38,322 nucleotides of DNA from an uncultured Myxococcales bacterium (GTDB lineage: Bacteria; Myxococcota_A; UBA9042; CAIXZC01): positions 1-38,322 of the forward strand of contig CAZMEC010000006.1 in NCBI GenBank assembly GCA_964565265.1. Reading direction: 5' to 3'. Both the position numbers and the translations under genes were made by a program. Under the pieces are notes generated by a model. The model was not told the origin of the DNA and did not search any database. It worked only from the letters and a program-made list of their open reading frames with translations. Positions 35,014 through 38,322 of this stretch are shown here, one piece after another; the stretch's first letter is position 1; every line of letters begins with the position of its first letter.

Positions 35014-38000
35014 ATGAAGCGTACATCCCTGCTTTTGTCCCTGCTGCTGACCTTCGTGACCCTTGGCCTGGGTGCCTGCGCCGCTGGCGGTGATGGCCCT
35101 GGGCAGGTGGCCGATGGCGCTGAACAGGCGGACGGTGTCACCCAACTGGACGGCTACCACCCGGACGGCGGCTCCGATACCAGCCCCGGCGATGGAACCC
35201 CCGGCGAGGACGGCAAGGTGCCCGACGGTGAGGGCCAGCCCGACGCTGGTCCCGTGGGCGCCAGCATCCATGGCCGCCTTGCCGCCCCCGCAGCCCCCGA
35301 CCAACGCAACTTCACCTTTGGGGACAAGCCCGCCCCCTCCCCACAGGTGCCCAAGTCCTTGAGCCTCGTCTCCGTGGACCTGCTGCGGGCCGACCAGGGT
35401 ACCCCGCCCGCCAACTGGACGGTGGAGAAGAACGCCCTGCCCGACCAGGACGGCGCCTTCGCCTTTGAGGGGCTGACCGAAGGCAACTACGCCCTGCGGG
35501 TGAACCAGCCGGAGTTTGCGGCCCTGGCCTACAGCGTGGACTCCACGGAGTTCCATCTGGGCGCCGACCAGAGCGTCAGTCTGGTGCTGCCCCTGCTGAC
35601 CACCATCACTCACGGCCTGACGGACCCTCGGCTGCGCCAGTCCCAAAACGGTCCCCCGCCCATTCTGGCCACCCTGGACCACAGCACCGGCGAGGTCATC
35701 ATGCTGTCGACCCTGGGGCTGGGGCTGGTGAACCCCGACACGGGCACCCTGGACCTGCTGTTCAGCCGCAACTTCTTCCCCGGCAACGCCGTCCTGGCCG
35801 TGGCCCCCAACACCGGCGTCATCTGGCTGCTGTACCCCAACCGCATCGTGCGCGTGGACCGCAGCGTCTTTCAGGACGCCGGGGCCAGCGAGATCCTGAA
35901 CCTGGATGACCCCGCCACGCGGCTGGCCGTGGGGGACAAGGTGCGCTTCAAGATGCTGTCCGCGCCGGCGGGGTTCGGGGGCTGGTACTTTGAGGGTCGT
36001 AGCTATTTTTCGCCGGACGAGCTGACCCTGTTTGCCTCGACCCAGAGCTCCGGCGTCACGGTCATTGACCTGCAGACGCTAAGCATCGGGCGGGTAATCC
36101 TGGGGCGCGTCATCGGCTACAATCCGGTGTCCAACCACCTGTTCTTCACGAATGGTCAGGGTCAGAGGATGGGCGGCACCGAGGTGCTGGTGGTGGATGC
36201 CTCCACCAAGCTGGAGGTCAGCGTGGTGCCCTTCGAGAATGTCCTGGGCGTGGCCCCCATGCCCCAGCAGGCGCTGACCGTGATGGTGGGGGGCAAGCTG
36301 TCATCCGGGGACCTGCAGGTGCCGTTCATAAAGGTAGTGGATGGCAGCGGCGAGGTTGTCGTGGACCAGCGGGCCAGGGACTACCTGGGACTGGCCAACG
36401 ACCCGAAGGCGGGGGCGCCCTCGTTTGATGTCAGCGGACAGTATTTCATCCTGGGGTCGGCGGCCTTCAAGCTGCTGCCCGAGGGCGGCTTCGAGGCGGT
36501 GCCCACGGGGATCGCCCCGGGCCAGTTCTTCAGCCAGCGCATGCAGCAGAACCAACAGCGGGCGCTGGACCCGGCCCACCTGTACGAACTGTGGTACGGC
36601 GACTGGCAGCCCAATGCCAGCGTGGGGCTGCTGTCCCTGAACGGCAGCAACCTGCCCGTGGCGGTGCGCCCCGGCGTGCCCGTCACCCAACTGCTGCTGG
36701 ACCAGACCCGGGGGCGGGCCATCTTCTGGAACGCTGACAAGCTGGTGCTGATTCACTACGCGGACCCCAACGGCGCGGCCCTGCCCGAGACCCTGGACCT
36801 GGCGCCCCTGGTGGCGGCCCTGGTGCCCGAGGGCGCCCCCTGCAGCGCGGACAACCCCTGCACCGGGACCGACCTGTGCGCCGGCGCCACGGACACCTCC
36901 TTCAGCGGCCACTGCACCGCCAACCCGCGCCTGCCCTTCCTGCCCTTCTGTGGCGGCTTCACAGGGGCCACCTGCGACGAGGACTACACCTGCAAGACCG
37001 TGAACCCCACCAACCCCAACGCCACGGGCCAGTGCCTGGGGCTGCCCAGCCGGGACTACGCCGCCCACGGCCCCGCCTGCACCGAGGCCCTGCCCTGCCC
37101 CGCGGGGATGGCCTGCAACGCCAACGGTCACTGCCAGCCCAAGACCTGCCTTCGGGACGCCGACTGCGACGCCCTGTCCGGCGAAATCTGCGGCCTGGTC
37201 CAGAACCTGGGGCGCGTGTGCCTGACCCCCGGAAGCCTCCCCGACGACAGCCCCTGCCTGTCCTCCAGCGAGTGTCTGCACGGCGCCTGCATTCCCATTG
37301 AGGGCGCCTACGCCATGGCCAGCAACGGCACCATGAACGACATCCTCTCCGGCACCCTGGGCCTGCAGGTCTGCACCACGCCATGCTTTGAGGGCGACGA
37401 CTGCCCGGGCGGCCAGCCCTGCGTCTACCAGCAGTCCTACGGGGCCCCCAACTACCTGGGCGCCGAGACCGTCTGGAGGACCCACCGGGTCCAGCTTGCC
37501 CCCTTCTGCTGGCCCTCCGTCCAGCCCCCCGTGGAGGGCTGCACCGACAAGTGCCTCCCCTCCCAGCTTTGCAGCCTGGGCTACTACGACGGCACCTGCC
37601 GCGTGGGCTACGAGCCGGTGGCCTGGGTGAAGAACGGCGAGGGCAGCTCCACCTTCTGCCTGCCCCCCGCCGAGGCCAACGGAGGCTGCCGCTTCCCCTG
37701 CCTGCGCTCCGGCGACTGCCCCTTCACCACCAACTGCGACGGCGGCTTCTGCAGCGCTGGCTCGCCCTTCAGTTCGCCCTGCAAGCAGCTTTGTGGCCCG
37801 GAGGAGAGTTGCGCCTACCTGTCCGGTACCGTGGCCGCCGATCCCTTCGCCTTCTGCGTGGCCAGCGACTCCTGCGCCAGCGACGCCGACTGCGGGGGCA
37901 CCATGGGCGCCTGCCACGGGGCCTGCCTCCAGGCCTGCACCACCAACGCCGACTGCCCCGGCGGCGAGTGCGCCGTCACCGTCCCCATGATCTTCTCCAG

Positions 38001-38322
38001 CCGCTACTGCGTGCCCACCACCTGCAACTGCACCGGCCCCCACGCCGCGGATATGGTCTGTGACCTGCCCACCAGCAAGTGCGTCATTCAGGGTGCCTGC
38101 ACCGATGTGCCCTGCGACGGCTCGGTCCTGGCCCAGTGCGGCCTCTCCGTCCCCGACCCCCTGCCCATCTTCTGCCAGTGCCCCGCCTGCCCCTGGAACG
38201 CCACCCAGTGCGGCGGCCCCGCCTCCCTCTGCCCCGAGGGCTTCACCTGCACCGCCGGCTCCGCCCCCCTGGGAGGCGACCACCGCGGCCAGACCTGCAC
38301 CTGCACCTCCGCCGAGTGCCAG
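35014..38322 (+). CDS. Large Cys-rich lipoprotein, 3'-truncated by the window edge (at least 1103 aa)
   Basis: RBS GGAGGTG then ATG 35014, MKRTSLLLSLLLTFVTLGLGAC lipobox; I saw no stop in this frame up to the window end; carboxypeptidase-regulatory-like DGAFAFEGLTEGNYALRV, beta-rich middle region, Cys repeats from about 36840. Confidence 0.85.
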   Translation, partial: MKRTSLLLSLLLTFVTLGLGACAAGGDGPGQVADGAEQADGVTQLDGYHPDGGSDTSPGDGTPGEDGKVPDGEGQPDAGPVGASIHGRLAAPAAPDQRNFTFGDKPAPSPQVPKSLSLVSVDLLRADQGTPPANWTVEKNALPDQDGAFAFEGLTEGNYALRVNQPEFAALAYSVDSTEFHLGADQSVSLVLPLLTTITHGLTDPRLRQSQNGPPPILATLDHSTGEVIMLSTLGLGLVNPDTGTLDLLFSRNFFPGNAVLAVAPNTGVIWLLYPNRIVRVDRSVFQDAGASEILNLDDPATRLAVGDKVRFKMLSAPAGFGGWYFEGRSYFSPDELTLFASTQSSGVTVIDLQTLSIGRVILGRVIGYNPVSNHLFFTNGQGQRMGGTEVLVVDASTKLEVSVVPFENVLGVAPMPQQALTVMVGGKLSSGDLQVPFIKVVDGSGEVVVDQRARDYLGLANDPKAGAPSFDVSGQYFILGSAAFKLLPEGGFEAVPTGIAPGQFFSQRMQQNQQRALDPAHLYELWYGDWQPNASVGLLSLNGSNLPVAVRPGVPVTQLLLDQTRGRAIFWNADKLVLIHYADPNGAALPETLDLAPLVAALVPEGAPCSADNPCTGTDLCAGATDTSFSGHCTANPRLPFLPFCGGFTGATCDEDYTCKTVNPTNPNATGQCLGLPSRDYAAHGPACTEALPCPAGMACNANGHCQPKTCLRDADCDALSGEICGLVQNLGRVCLTPGSLPDDSPCLSSSECLHGACIPIEGAYAMASNGTMNDILSGTLGLQVCTTPCFEGDDCPGGQPCVYQQSYGAPNYLGAETVWRTHRVQLAPFCWPSVQPPVEGCTDKCLPSQLCSLGYYDGTCRVGYEPVAWVKNGEGSSTFCLPPAEANGGCRFPCLRSGDCPFTTNCDGGFCSAGSPFSSPCKQLCGPEESCAYLSGTVAADPFAFCVASDSCASDADCGGTMGACHGACLQACTTNADCPGGECAVTVPMIFSSRYCVPTTCNCTGPHAADMVCDLPTSKCVIQGACTDVPCDGSVLAQCGLSVPDPLPIFCQCPACPWNATQCGGPASLCPEGFTCTAGSAPLGGDHRGQTCTCTSAECQ

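Overview
High-GC bacterial chromosomal segment. Gene content (mevalonate pathway, Glt/Nfs-type envelope operon, several Cys-rich lipoproteins) points to a Myxococcota/deltaproteobacterium-like organism; this is an inference. In order: a repeat-rich left end; mvaA-mvk (-); TPR/Zn membrane protein, DUF4388-like, phoH and CmpX-like genes (+); phosphoketolase and a Cys-repeat lipoprotein (-); a compact tusA-dsrE2-dsrE-GGDEF operon (+); mntP and ABC-F (-); a sulfatase-like plus GT-C pair (+); a second repeat hotspot; an approx. 10.7 kb minus-strand cluster encoding a VWA lipoprotein (CglB-like), an OM beta-barrel (GltA/B-like) and GltC, D, E and F-like proteins; LD-carboxypeptidase (-); patatin, a parvulin-like lipoprotein and a >1100 aa Cys-rich lipoprotein that runs off the right end and is absent from the ORF track (+). 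No tRNA, rRNA, CRISPR array or transposase was seen. The most promising signals are the sulfur-carrier-to-diguanylate-cyclase operon, the modified Glt-like operon headed by a VWA adhesin, and a 164-bp structured dispersed repeat, one copy of which is bracketed by a 98-bp direct duplication. All family calls come from motif recognition by eye, not from database searches.
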